From positions 4,800-68,799 of the forward strand of contig NZ_CAJTUX010000005.1 of the NCBI RefSeq assembly GCF_910579365.1: a stretch of 64,000 nucleotides of DNA. Reading direction: 5' to 3'. Positions 54,355-64,000 of this stretch are shown here, piece by piece. The translations under genes and the position numbers were made by a program. How positions within the stretch are numbered: the first letter of the stretch is position 1; every line of letters starts with the position of its first letter. A model generated the notes under the pieces. It was not told the origin of the DNA and ran no database searches. It saw only the letters and a program-made list of their open reading frames with translations. Source of the stretch: an uncultured Oscillibacter sp. GTDB taxonomy: Bacteria; Bacillota; Clostridia; Oscillospirales; Oscillospiraceae.

Positions 54355-55200
54355 ATGTTCAAAATGCTGAATCCCCGGCGCTTTTACTACGCGGTAGGCA
54401 GAAAAAAATTCCTGGAATTCCTGCTGTTGGCGGCCTTCATTCTGTTCTTTTACGGGCCCATGCTCAACATGCTGATGCTGGCGTTCGCCAACGAGTACAC
54501 CGCTCCGGCGGTCTTCCCCCAGGAGTGGGGCTTCAAGTGGTGGAAATACGTGTTCTCCCAGAACAGCCTGGTTTCCTCCATCGTGCAGTCCTTCATTGTG
54601 GCCATCGTCACCACGGCGGTGTCCATGGTGCTGTGCATTCCCGCCGCCTACTCCATCGCACGGTTCAAATACCGGGGCAGAAAGGTCTTCATGCTGTCCT
54701 TCCTGCTGACCAACGCCTTCCCCAAGCTGGGCATCTACACCTCCATCGCCGTGCTGTTCTACCGCTACGGCCTGATGGGCACCTACGCGGGCGTGGTCAT
54801 CATCCACATGATCAACTCCATGATGTTCATGGTCTGGCTGCCCGCCAGCGCCTTCCGCTCAGTCCACCGCCAGCAGGAGGAGGCCGCCCGGGACGTGGGC
54901 GCGGGCCCCATCCGCACGTTCTTTAAAATCACTCTGCCCATGGCCATGCCCGGCATCGCCGTGGCCACGCTGTACACCTTCCTGGGCTCCATGGAGGAGG
55001 CGCAGGGCACGCTGCTGGTGGGCCTCGCCAAGGTGCAGACTATGCCGGTGGCCATGTACGGCATCGTGCTGGATTCCTCGGCGGTGCAGATCGGCGCGGT
55101 GTTCGCCATCCTGCTGATTATCCCGTCCGCTTTGATGATCTTCCTCATGCGGAAGTATATCGGACCCGAAGCCATTTCCGGCGGCTTCAAGATGAAATAA
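54355..55200 (+). CDS. ABC transporter permease
   Basis: EEAARDVGAG EAA loop, ~6 TMs. Confidence 0.92.
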   Translation: MFKMLNPRRFYYAVGRKKFLEFLLLAAFILFFYGPMLNMLMLAFANEYTAPAVFPQEWGFKWWKYVFSQNSLVSSIVQSFIVAIVTTAVSMVLCIPAAYSIARFKYRGRKVFMLSFLLTNAFPKLGIYTSIAVLFYRYGLMGTYAGVVIIHMINSMMFMVWLPASAFRSVHRQQEEAARDVGAGPIRTFFKITLPMAMPGIAVATLYTFLGSMEEAQGTLLVGLAKVQTMPVAMYGIVLDSSAVQIGAVFAILLIIPSALMIFLMRKYIGPEAISGGFKMK

Positions 55201-55224
55201 TGTAGTTTGGAGGAGAAAACACTC

Positions 55225-56190
55225 ATGAGCGAGCGCAAAATCAAACTGCAAATCAAGGATATGACCAAAAAGTATGACAACGGAGACGGCGTTGAGCATA
55301 TTAACCTTGATATTTACGAGGGCGAGATCGTCACCTTCCTGGGCCCGTCCGGCTGCGGCAAGACCACCATTCTGCGGACCATCGGCGGCTTTTTGGACGT
55401 GACCTCCGGCGATATCACTGTGGACGGGCAGTCCATCGTCAACCTGCCTCCGGAGAAGCGGCCCACAGCCATGGTATTCCAAAGCTACAACCTCTGGCCC
55501 CACATGACCATCTACGAGAACCTGGCCTTCGGTCTGAAGCTGCGTAAGGTCCCCAAGGCCGAGATCGACGCGGACGTGAAGAAGTACCTGGACCTGGTGT
55601 CCATGCCCGGCTGCGAGAAAAAGTACCCCGGCCAGCTCTCCGGCGGCCAGCAGCAGCGGATCGCCATTGCCCGTTCCCTGCTCCTCAAACCCTCCCTGCT
55701 GCTTCTGGACGAACCCTTCTCCGCCCTGGATGCCAAGATCCGCCAGCAGATGCGGGAGGAGCTGAAGAAGATTCAGCAGGACCTGGGCATCACCGTTATC
55801 TTCGTCACCCACGACCAGGAGGAGGCCATGTCCCTCTCCCACCGCATCGTGGTCATGAACAAGGGCAAGTTCGAGCAGACCGGCACCCCGGCGGAGATTT
55901 ACGACAAGCCCGCCACGCTGCACGTGGCCTCCTTCATCGGCGAGATGAACTTCCTGAAAAAAGACGGCAAGACCATCGCCGTCCGTCCTGAGGACCTGAC
56001 GGTCACCGAGGGCGCCGGCGGCCAGTTCGACGCCACGGTCCGCACCATCATGCTGCTGGGCCATTATGTGGTGATGACCGCCCAGCAAGGAGACGACATC
56101 ATCAAATGCTACATCAACCGCGACCTCAGCGAGCGGCTGAAGGAAGGCGATCAGGTCAGCCTCACCGTGGGCAAGCACACCGTGTTTTGA
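55225..56190 (+). CDS. ABC transporter ATP-binding subunit (PotA/FbpC-like)
   Basis: GPSGCGKT, LSGGQQQR, LLLDEPFSALD, VTHDQEEA. Confidence 0.95.
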   Translation: MSERKIKLQIKDMTKKYDNGDGVEHINLDIYEGEIVTFLGPSGCGKTTILRTIGGFLDVTSGDITVDGQSIVNLPPEKRPTAMVFQSYNLWPHMTIYENLAFGLKLRKVPKAEIDADVKKYLDLVSMPGCEKKYPGQLSGGQQQRIAIARSLLLKPSLLLLDEPFSALDAKIRQQMREELKKIQQDLGITVIFVTHDQEEAMSLSHRIVVMNKGKFEQTGTPAEIYDKPATLHVASFIGEMNFLKKDGKTIAVRPEDLTVTEGAGGQFDATVRTIMLLGHYVVMTAQQGDDIIKCYINRDLSERLKEGDQVSLTVGKHTVF

Positions 56191-56282
56191 CAGCCCGTCT
56201 AAAAGCGCGCCCTCTAACCAAGAGGGGGAAATCCCCTTCTCACCCCATACTACAGGCACACATTTGAAAGGAGATTACTGTA

Positions 56283-57464
56283 ATGAAAAGAAGACTGTTT
56301 GCCATGCTCCTCTCCGCCGTGATGCTGGCGGCCTGCCTCACCGGATGCGGTGGCAACTCCGGCTCCTCCGGCGGCTCCGGGGACTCCGGCTCCGCTGGCG
56401 GAAAGAAAACTGTCAGCCTCTGGGCCACCGGCTCCGACAACGTCCGCGAGATTTTCGAGGCTCTTGTCAACGACTTCAACACCAACTCCGAGTATGCCGG
56501 GCAGTACGAGGTCACCCTCCAGTTCATGCTCTCCGGCACCGGCGCCCAGACCCTGGCCGACATGCTGACCGCCGCCTCCAAGGCCGGTCAGACCAACACA
56601 GACTATGACATCGTGGACCTCAGCGGCGACGACCTTTCCAAGGTGGTCTCCCTCATCGGCCAGGAGCAGTTCGTGAAGCTGGACAGCTCCAAGATTCCCA
56701 ACGCCGCCACCGTAGCGGCCAAGAGCTCCATCGCCACGGATTACTGCCAGCCCTACCGCGGCACCACGGTCATCCTGGCCTATGACTCCGCCAAGGTCGC
56801 CACTCCGCCCGCCACCATGGATGAGCTGGTGGCGTGGATGAAGGCCAATCCCGGCCGCTTTGCCTACAACACTCCCGGCACCGGCGGCGCCGGCGACTCC
56901 TTCGCCCGCAGCGCGGTGTACAACTTCCTGCCCGAGGAGGCCTTCACCTCCGACGACGAGAAGTGGGTCAGCGAGTGGGACGCCGGCTTTGACTTCCTGA
57001 AGGAAATCCATCCTTACATGTATTCCTCCGGCGGCTCCATCGTCTACCCCAACAAGAACCAGGGCACTCTGGACCTGCTGAACCAGGGCGAGATCGACAT
57101 GTGCCCCAACTGGGCGGACATGGTTCTCTCCCAGCGTGCCTCCGGCGAGATCAAGGACACCATCAAGATCACCCAGATCGACCCCGCCCTCACCGGTTCC
57201 CTCCAGTCTCTGGTCATTCCCACCTTCGGCTCCAATGAGGACGGCGCTTACGCCTTCATGAACTACATGCTCTCTCCCGCCGCGCAGGAGCTGATGGTCC
57301 GCCAGATGGCCGCCATCCCCCTGATCGACGCCTCCAGCATGGACATGACCGGCTATGAGGATCTCCAGGGCCTGGATGTGTCCAACTTCCGCCTCCAGTC
57401 CATCGGCGGCCTGTCCACCTCCTTCAACGAGCGCTGGGACAGCGAGATCGCCACCATCGGCTGA
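56283..57464 (+). CDS. ABC transporter substrate-binding lipoprotein
   Basis: Lipobox LTGC, Gly/Ser linker, KIPN, NPGRFAY. Confidence 0.9.
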   Translation: MKRRLFAMLLSAVMLAACLTGCGGNSGSSGGSGDSGSAGGKKTVSLWATGSDNVREIFEALVNDFNTNSEYAGQYEVTLQFMLSGTGAQTLADMLTAASKAGQTNTDYDIVDLSGDDLSKVVSLIGQEQFVKLDSSKIPNAATVAAKSSIATDYCQPYRGTTVILAYDSAKVATPPATMDELVAWMKANPGRFAYNTPGTGGAGDSFARSAVYNFLPEEAFTSDDEKWVSEWDAGFDFLKEIHPYMYSSGGSIVYPNKNQGTLDLLNQGEIDMCPNWADMVLSQRASGEIKDTIKITQIDPALTGSLQSLVIPTFGSNEDGAYAFMNYMLSPAAQELMVRQMAAIPLIDASSMDMTGYEDLQGLDVSNFRLQSIGGLSTSFNERWDSEIATIG

Positions 57465-57502
57465 GTTCAGCCGGAAATTCATGGGAACGAAGGGGATTAC
57501 CT

Positions 57503-58348
57503 ATGAGTAAAAACCTAAAGCGAAATCTGGTGGCTTACGGCCTGGTGATGCCGGCGTTCCTCGTCGTCATGCTGACCGTGGCTTACCCGATTGTCCTGGC
57601 GGTGATTCAGAGCTTCCAGGACTCGAAAACCGGCGAGTTTACGCTGGATAACTACACCTACTTTTTCACCGAGCCGGCCCAGCTGAGAAACATCCTGTAC
57701 ACCCTGTATGTGTGCTTGATGACGGTGGCCATCGCCATTGTGGTGGCCTATCTGCTGGCGCTGTATCTGCGCTTTGTCAAGTCCAAGATCGCCAGGACCA
57801 TCGGCACGCTGTACCTGGTCCCGCGGTTTGTCCCCGCTATGTGCGCCGTGTACGCCATGATTACCATCATCCGTGACTCCGGCCTGATCAACCGGATCGG
57901 CCTGCTGTTCGGGAACGACCTCAAGCTGGGATTGATGTACCACGCCAACGGCATGATTATGATGAACCTGTGGTTCAACATCCCGTTTGCGGCGCTGATG
58001 ATCACCGCGGGCCTGGGCGCCATCCCGGACTCCATTATCGAGGGCGCCCGGGATGTGGGGGCCACCAAGTTCAAGGTCTTCACCTCCATGATCCTGCCTC
58101 TTTCCATCAAGGACGTGGTGGTCGCGGGCACCTTCGTGTTCATGTCCAACGTGGGTTCCTTCACCACCCCCTATTTGATGGGCGGCAGCGCGCCGAAGAT
58201 GCTGGGCATCGCCCTGTTCGATCAGTTCAACAAATATCTGGCCTACAACCGCTCCGCGGCTTTGTCGGTCATCATGTTCCTGATCTGCTCGGTTTCTGCG
58301 GGTGTATATATCTACACCAACCTCAAGGAAAACGAGTGGGAAAAGTAA
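57503..58348 (+). CDS. ABC transporter permease
   Basis: IEGARDVGAT EAA-like loop, ~6 TMs. Confidence 0.92.
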   Translation: MSKNLKRNLVAYGLVMPAFLVVMLTVAYPIVLAVIQSFQDSKTGEFTLDNYTYFFTEPAQLRNILYTLYVCLMTVAIAIVVAYLLALYLRFVKSKIARTIGTLYLVPRFVPAMCAVYAMITIIRDSGLINRIGLLFGNDLKLGLMYHANGMIMMNLWFNIPFAALMITAGLGAIPDSIIEGARDVGATKFKVFTSMILPLSIKDVVVAGTFVFMSNVGSFTTPYLMGGSAPKMLGIALFDQFNKYLAYNRSAALSVIMFLICSVSAGVYIYTNLKENEWEK

Positions 58349-58418
58349 GCAAAGCGCGACGGCGGAGAGGCGACCCTCTCCGCCGTCTTCCCGCGCCTGC
58401 GAGAAAGGAAGAACATCC

Positions 58419-59090
58419 ATGCAAACACACATCACCGCCCACACCGGGGCGGACGGACGGCCTGACAACAGCCTGGAATTCGTGTCTTACGCGCTGTCCT
58501 GCGGCGCGGACGCCCTGGAGGTGGACGTACGCCGGCAGGCCGGCGGCCGCCTGGCCATCGGTCACGACGAGGCCGGGGAAAACGCCCCGCTCCTGGCGGA
58601 GGTCTTCCGCATCGTAGCCGGACAGCCCCGGATCAAGATCAACTGCGACCTCAAGGAGCCGGGGCTGGAGGAGCCGGTCTGCCTTCTGGCGGAGGAGGCA
58701 GGGCTTCTGCGCTCCGGCCGCCTGATTCTCTCCGGGACGGTAGACGCCTTCCGCCCCGTCCCCGGAGCGGAGGTCTATCTGAATCTGGAGGAGTATGTTC
58801 CGGACCTCTATTTAAATTACCGGGAGAAGCCAAACTTCGAGCTGGAGGCGGCGGACATCATCCGGGACGTCTGCGTCAAGGCGGGCATCCGCACCGTCAA
58901 TGTCTATCAGGGGCTGGTCACCCGCCGCTTTCTTGAGACGCTGGCCGGAGCCGGCATCGGCCTTTCCGTCTGGACCGTCAACGAGACCTGGGAGCTGAAG
59001 TGGTTTTTAAAGGCGGGCGCGGCGAACATCACCACCCGCCGCCCCGCCCTGGCCCTGGAGCTGCGGGCAGGCCGGGAAGGAAGCGTCTGA
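58419..59090 (+). CDS. Glycerophosphodiester phosphodiesterase family protein
   Basis: ITAHTG, DNSL, LEVDVR, GHD, DLK, WTVNE, ITT. Confidence 0.88.
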   Translation: MQTHITAHTGADGRPDNSLEFVSYALSCGADALEVDVRRQAGGRLAIGHDEAGENAPLLAEVFRIVAGQPRIKINCDLKEPGLEEPVCLLAEEAGLLRSGRLILSGTVDAFRPVPGAEVYLNLEEYVPDLYLNYREKPNFELEAADIIRDVCVKAGIRTVNVYQGLVTRRFLETLAGAGIGLSVWTVNETWELKWFLKAGAANITTRRPALALELRAGREGSV

Positions 59091-59092
59091 CC

Positions 59093-59698
59093 ATGCCGGA
59101 CAGGAGCATTCCATTTTACAATCTCATTCTGCGCTGTGACGCCTGGCAGGGGGCGGCGTCTCTCCCGCCGGAGGGGTTCCGTCTCCGGCGCTTTCAGCCG
59201 GGGGACGAGGCGGCCTGGGCGGCTCTTGAGTATGAGATCGGGGACTTCCCCTCCCCGGAGGAGGCCCAGGCGTATTTTCTCCGCACCTATGGCGACCACC
59301 CCCAGGAGTTGGCCCGGCGCTGCGTGTTCGCGGTGGACAGCGGAGGCCGGACGGCGGGAACCTGCACCGCCTGGCGGGACCCCGGCAGAGATGGAGGGGA
59401 AATCGCCTCTCTCCACTGGCTGGCGGTCTCCCCCGGGGAACAGGGCCGGGGGCTGGGGAAGGCTTTGTTTCAAAGCGCCCTGTCCATTTTTCGGGGGTCA
59501 GGGGAATTCCCCGTCTACATCCACACCCAGCCCTGGAGCTGGAAAGCCCTGCTTTTGTATGTCCGGGAGGGCTTCCGCCTCCAGCGGACGGATACCTTCG
59601 GCGGCTATGAAAACCAATACCGCCAGGGCATGGCGGCTTTGGCGGCGGTCCTTCCGGGGGAACTGTACCAGGAGCTGGTCCGCTGTTCCCAGGCTTGA
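59093..59698 (+). CDS. GNAT-family acetyltransferase
   Basis: LHWLAVSPGEQGRGLGKAL motif A; LYVREGF. Confidence 0.88.
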   Translation: MPDRSIPFYNLILRCDAWQGAASLPPEGFRLRRFQPGDEAAWAALEYEIGDFPSPEEAQAYFLRTYGDHPQELARRCVFAVDSGGRTAGTCTAWRDPGRDGGEIASLHWLAVSPGEQGRGLGKALFQSALSIFRGSGEFPVYIHTQPWSWKALLLYVREGFRLQRTDTFGGYENQYRQGMAALAAVLPGELYQELVRCSQA

Positions 59699-59846
59699 GC
59701 GGAGAAGGAGATTGGCTTCATTCCGCATGCCCATCAAAGGCGGCGGCCTTCCTTACCAGGGCGAATCGGGCGGTGCGAGATATCACGATGCTGGATTTGC
59801 AGGCGGCCATTCCCAGCTTGAAAATGGAATACGATTGCTGATCAAA

Positions 59847-59883
59847 CAGGAGCGGCCAGGGAGTAAAATCCCTGGCCGCTCCC
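59847..59883. terminator. Hairpin between convergent genes
   Basis: GGAGCGGCCAGGGA-6nt-TCCCTGGCCGCTCC. Confidence 0.65.
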
Positions 59884-60036
59884 GTTGTGAAAAAGAGCGC
59901 CGCAGGCCATGCTCAGGGGATCCAAACAGCCCCACAAAGCGGAGGCGCTTGCAGCGAAACGCCGGCGGCGGTTCCCGGGCGCGGCGGGAAACCGCCGCCG
60001 CAAAATCCAATCCCCGTGTTTCATGGCCATCCCTCT

Positions 60037-60723
60037 TCAGGTCCGAACGCCCCGGATAAATCCATCCATCAGCCCGGTCAAATGGTTCTCAACGGTGGCG
60101 GCGGCCGCTTCCGCGTCCCGGCTGCAAATTTGCTCTAGGAGCTGCTGGTGCCCCCGCTGGAGCTGCTGAAGACTGAGGGATTCCGTCAATGCGGAGACGT
60201 TGAACCAGTTCCGCATATTGCACTGCTCCCACAGCCGCAGGAGCACCTGGTTCCCGGTGGCGTCGATAATTGCCCGATGGAACGCGGCGTCGCACTCAGT
60301 GAAACGCCGCAGGTTCCCCTGTCCGGCGCAGCCCTCCATCTCATCCAAAATCGCCTGGAGCTGCTCTGCCAGTTTCCGCAGCTCCTCATCCGGCAGCTGC
60401 GTGATCGCGTCCCGAATACTTTTGGCTTCCAGGCAGATGCGGACGCTGTAATTGTCCCGCACGTCCTTTTCCGTCAGCGTCCGGACCCGGGAGCCCTTAA
60501 ACGGCACCGTCTCCACCAGTCCCAGGGCCTCCAGGTCCCGGATGGCCTCCCGGACCGGGCCCTGGGAGACCCCCAGCTCTTTTGCCCAAAAGGTTTCAAT
60601 GATTCGATCCCCCGGCCGCAGCTCTCCGGCAAAGATCGCGTCTCGAATGGCGTTGCGGATTTCCTCCCGAAATACTTTCCGGTGATTCAGCACCGGGGTG
60701 ATCCCTGCTCGTTCCATCGTCAT
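60037..60723 (-). CDS. GntR/FadR-family regulator (FCD domain)
   Basis: LRPGDRI.E..AKELGVSQGPVREA; DAAFH..TGN..H. Confidence 0.93.
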   Translation of the reverse strand: MTMERAGITPVLNHRKVFREEIRNAIRDAIFAGELRPGDRIIETFWAKELGVSQGPVREAIRDLEALGLVETVPFKGSRVRTLTEKDVRDNYSVRICLEAKSIRDAITQLPDEELRKLAEQLQAILDEMEGCAGQGNLRRFTECDAAFHRAIIDATGNQVLLRLWEQCNMRNWFNVSALTESLSLQQLQRGHQQLLEQICSRDAEAAAATVENHLTGLMDGFIRGVRT

Positions 60724-60854
60724 CCAGCTCCATTTATTATCAATTATTTTTCATTATACGGACTTCCCGCCTCAAAGTCAACCATTCCAGTTCTTTTCAC
60801 AAAGTCTACAAAGGCGCTTTGGAAACTTCGTCTAAAACGGAAAATTATAAATAC

Positions 60855-60883
60855 TTGATAATCGATTATTTGAGTGTTAAGAT
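60855..60883 (+). promoter_or_regulatory. Promoter with embedded perfect palindromic operator
   Basis: TTGATA-17-TAAGAT with TG; ATAATCGATTAT at 60858-60869. Confidence 0.7.
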
Positions 60884-60952
60884 AAAAGCAGTACCGGCAG
60901 GCTCCTTGTCCTGCAAGGACCTGTGATTTGAGAAAGCGGAGGTGTCCTATCT

Positions 60953-61918
60953 ATGATCGATAAACAAACCGGCCTTTGGATCTACAACAAGATGCACGAG
61001 ATCCGGGACTTCGAGGAAACGGCGTGGACGCTGTTCACGGAGAACAAGCTCCGGGGCTCTGTCCATCTTTACACCGGCGAGGAGGCTGTGGCGGCAGCCG
61101 TCTGCGCCCAGCTGACGGACGAGGACCTGATCGCCTCCACCCACCGGGGCCACGGCCACTGCATCGCCAAGGGCGCAGAGCTGGACAAGGCCCTGGCGGA
61201 GCTGATGGGCAAGGCCACGGGCTACTGCAAGGGCCGCAGCGGCTCCATGCACATCGCGGACTTCTCCAAGGGCAACCTGGGCGCCAACGCCATCGTGGGC
61301 GGCGGCATCCCCATTGCCACCGGCGGCGCCCTGGCCCTGAAAATGCAGGGAAAGCCCAATGTGGCGGTGGCCTTCTTCGGCGACGGCGCGTCCAACCAGG
61401 GTACGTTCCACGAGTCCATCAACATGGCCGCCGTGTGGAAGCTCCCCTGCATCTACGTGGTGGAGAACAACCAGTTCGGCATGACGGTCCCCGTCTGGCA
61501 GTCCACCTCTGTGGAGGACATTTCCGTCCGGGGCGCGGCCTACGGTATCCCCGGCGAGACCGTGGACGGCAACGATGTTATAGCCGTCTACGAGGCCTTT
61601 GCCCGGGCGAAGGAACGGGCGCTGAAGGGCGAGGGCCCCAGCATCATTGAGTGCAAAACCTACCGCTGGCGGGGCCACTGGACCGGCGACCCGGAGGTGT
61701 ACCGCACCCGGGAAGAGGTTGAGGAGTGGAAGGAGAAGAAAGACCCCATCCAGCTTTTCGGCAACTATCTGACCAAACACAAGCTAGCCGCCAAGAAGGA
61801 GCTGGAAGAGATTGCGGACGCCGCCGCCAAGAAGATGGCGGCCGCCGTGGAGTTCGCCATGAACAGCCCGGAGCCGGACCCGGAGCAGGTTCTGGCCGAC
61901 GTGTTCTATGAAGGTTAA
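60953..61918 (+). CDS. acoA: TPP-dependent dehydrogenase E1 alpha (acetoin/2-oxoacid)
   Basis: HLYTGEEA, STHRGHGH, GSMH, GDGA..ENN, YRWRGH. Confidence 0.8.
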   Translation: MIDKQTGLWIYNKMHEIRDFEETAWTLFTENKLRGSVHLYTGEEAVAAAVCAQLTDEDLIASTHRGHGHCIAKGAELDKALAELMGKATGYCKGRSGSMHIADFSKGNLGANAIVGGGIPIATGGALALKMQGKPNVAVAFFGDGASNQGTFHESINMAAVWKLPCIYVVENNQFGMTVPVWQSTSVEDISVRGAAYGIPGETVDGNDVIAVYEAFARAKERALKGEGPSIIECKTYRWRGHWTGDPEVYRTREEVEEWKEKKDPIQLFGNYLTKHKLAAKKELEEIADAAAKKMAAAVEFAMNSPEPDPEQVLADVFYEG

Positions 61919-61932
61919 GGGGGGAGAAACCA

Positions 61933-62913
61933 ATGGCTAAACTGACATATGCACAGGCGATCCGCCAGGTTATCGCTGAGGAAATGCGCCGTGACGATAA
62001 GGTTTTCGTCATGGGGGAGGACGTGGAAAAGCTGGGCGGCGTTTTCGGCACCACCCGGGACCTCTATAAGGAGTTCGGCACGGACCGCATCCGCAACACG
62101 CCAATTTCCGAGTCCGCCATTGTGGGCGCGGCTCTGGGCGCGGCCTGCGCGGGCATGCGGCCTGTGGCGGAGCTGATGTACTGGGACTTTGCCTTCGTGG
62201 CGGCAGACCAGATTTTCAACCAGATGGCCAAGACCCGGTACGTCTTCGGCGGCAACGCCAAGATTCCCATGGTTCTTCGCAGCCAGCAGGGCACGGGCCG
62301 GGGCAACGCCGCCACCCACTCCCAGTCTCTGGAAAGCATTTTCATGCACATTCCCGGCCTGAAGGTGGCCTGCCCCTCCACTCCCGCCGAGGCGGCGGGA
62401 CTGCTCCGCACCGCCATCCGGGACGACAACCCGGTCTGCTTCTTCGAACATAAGGCGCTGTACATCACCAAGGCCGAGGTTCCTGACGACCCGGAGTTCA
62501 TGATTCCCTTCGGCAAAGCCGACGTCAAGCGGGAGGGTACGGATGTGACGATTGTGGCAAACCTCCTCTATGTCTCCCGCGCCCTGGAGGCGGCGGACGA
62601 GCTGGCCAAAGAGGGCATTTCCGCCGAGGTCATCGACCCCCGGACGCTGGTCCCCTTCGACTATGACACCGTGGCGGACAGCGTGAAGAAGACGGGCCGC
62701 CTGGTGGTGGTCCACGAGGCCCACCAGAACAACGGCTGGGGCGCCCAGGTGGTGTCTCAGGTGGGACAGATGGTCTTCCCGTATCTGGACGCCGCCCCGG
62801 TACACCTGGGCGCAAAGCCCTGCCCCCTGCCCTTCAATCCGGGTCTGGAGGCTGCTGTCATCCCCAGCGTGAAAGAAATCATCGACGCCTGCAAAGCGTC
62901 CTTGTACCGTTAA
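61933..62913 (+). CDS. acoB: TPP-dependent dehydrogenase E1 beta
   Basis: GEDV, TPISE, AATHSQ, FFEHK, IDPRTLVP. Confidence 0.8.
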   Translation: MAKLTYAQAIRQVIAEEMRRDDKVFVMGEDVEKLGGVFGTTRDLYKEFGTDRIRNTPISESAIVGAALGAACAGMRPVAELMYWDFAFVAADQIFNQMAKTRYVFGGNAKIPMVLRSQQGTGRGNAATHSQSLESIFMHIPGLKVACPSTPAEAAGLLRTAIRDDNPVCFFEHKALYITKAEVPDDPEFMIPFGKADVKREGTDVTIVANLLYVSRALEAADELAKEGISAEVIDPRTLVPFDYDTVADSVKKTGRLVVVHEAHQNNGWGAQVVSQVGQMVFPYLDAAPVHLGAKPCPLPFNPGLEAAVIPSVKEIIDACKASLYR

Positions 62914-62929
62914 GGAAGGAGGCACTGAC

Positions 62930-64000
62930 ATGGCAACTGTCGTCATCATGCCCAAACAAGGCCTCATGATGGAAGAGGGCACCATCACCAGCTGGCTGAA
63001 AAAAGAGGGCGAGAGCGTTACCGCCGGAGAACCTCTTTTTGAGATGGAAACAGATAAGCTGACCATCACCATGGACGCCGAGGCCAGCGGCACCCTGCTC
63101 AAAATCGTTCATCCCGAGGGCGACGTGGTGCCCATCACCCAGACCATCGCCATTCTCGGCGAGCCCGGCGAGGACATCTCCGCTCTCCTGAGCGGGGATG
63201 CAGCTCCTGCCGCTGCTCCGGCGGAAACGGCTCCCGTCCCGGCTGCGGAACCCCCCGCCGCCGCTCCGGCGGCGGAGAGAGCTCCCGGCGAGCGTGTCTT
63301 CTCCACGCCCCGCGCCCGTCTCCGGGCGGAGGAAAACGGCCTTGACGTGGCCGCCGTCCCCGGCACCGGCCCCAACGGTCTGGTCATTGAGCGGGACGTG
63401 ACCGCCTGCGCCGCCGGAAAACCCGCCGTGACGCCGTTGGCGGCGAATCTTGCCAAGGCCCAGGGCCTGGACCTCAGCGGTCTCACCGGCACCGGCCCCA
63501 ACGGCAAAATCACCACCGACGACCTGCCCGGCGGGGCGCCCGCCGCGAAAGCTCCTTCCGCACCGGCTTCCCCCGCTCAACAGAGCCGGGGCACTCATAC
63601 CGAGCCTATGAGCGGCATGCGCAAGGCCATATCCCGGAATATGTTGGCCAGCAAGGAAACCAACGCCCAGACCAACCACCGCATCAAGGTGGACATGACC
63701 GCCGCCATCGCCCTGCGGAAGCAGTACAAGGACCTGGGCATCAAGGTCTCTTATAATGACATCATCGTCCGGGCCTGCGCCAAGGTCCTGGCGGAGATGC
63801 CCATTGTCAACGCCAGCGTGGACGGCAGCAGCATCCTCTACCACGACTATGTAAATGTGGGCATGGCCGTCTCCGTTCCCGGCGGACTGATCGTTCCGGT
63901 TATCAAGGACGCGGACATCATCGGCCTTGCCGGCATCGCGGCGAAGTCCGCCGAACTCATCGAAAAGGCCCGGGACGGCAAGCTTACCGACGCGGACTAC
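62930..64000 (+). CDS. acoC: Dihydrolipoamide acyltransferase E2 (partial)
   Basis: Not in ORF track; MATVVIMPKQGLMMEEGTI..ETDK lipoyl lysine, two GTGPNG subunit-binding domains, MRKAI catalytic domain start. Confidence 0.82.
   Translation, partial: MATVVIMPKQGLMMEEGTITSWLKKEGESVTAGEPLFEMETDKLTITMDAEASGTLLKIVHPEGDVVPITQTIAILGEPGEDISALLSGDAAPAAAPAETAPVPAAEPPAAAPAAERAPGERVFSTPRARLRAEENGLDVAAVPGTGPNGLVIERDVTACAAGKPAVTPLAANLAKAQGLDLSGLTGTGPNGKITTDDLPGGAPAAKAPSAPASPAQQSRGTHTEPMSGMRKAISRNMLASKETNAQTNHRIKVDMTAAIALRKQYKDLGIKVSYNDIIVRACAKVLAEMPIVNASVDGSSILYHDYVNVGMAVSVPGGLIVPVIKDADIIGLAGIAAKSAELIEKARDGKLTDADY

Overview
GC-rich anaerobic Firmicute chromosome; it looks Clostridia / Oscillospiraceae-like, inferred from gene families, SLH domains, a lysine riboswitch and codon usage. 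It is mostly core metabolism, in this order: histidine operon (fused hisZ-hisG, divergent hisD, an inserted NimA-like gene), fumC, MBOAT/DHHW O-acylation trio, threonine aldolase, KtrAB, a 1624-aa SLH-anchored transglutaminase-like protein, lysine-riboswitch-controlled dapA-dapB-dapH with deacetylase and lysA, yedF/cysteine desulfurase cluster, gltX, asnA, ECF sigma/anti-sigma and glgX. Next is a probable methionine-catabolism locus: NhaC-type transporter, LysR, methionine gamma-lyase, four-subunit 2-oxoacid:ferredoxin oxidoreductase, and an adjacent GltD-linked [FeFe]-hydrogenase with a Rex-like box. A collapsed ~4 kb mobile-element remnant follows (ICE, integrase and ISAs1 fragments). Then come an unannotated 31-codon gene, an ABC transporter/GDPD operon behind a GlpP-type terminator leader, and a GntR-regulated acetoin/2-oxoacid dehydrogenase operon running off the end. 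No rRNA, tRNA or CRISPR array was seen. Family assignments are from recalled motifs, not database searches.
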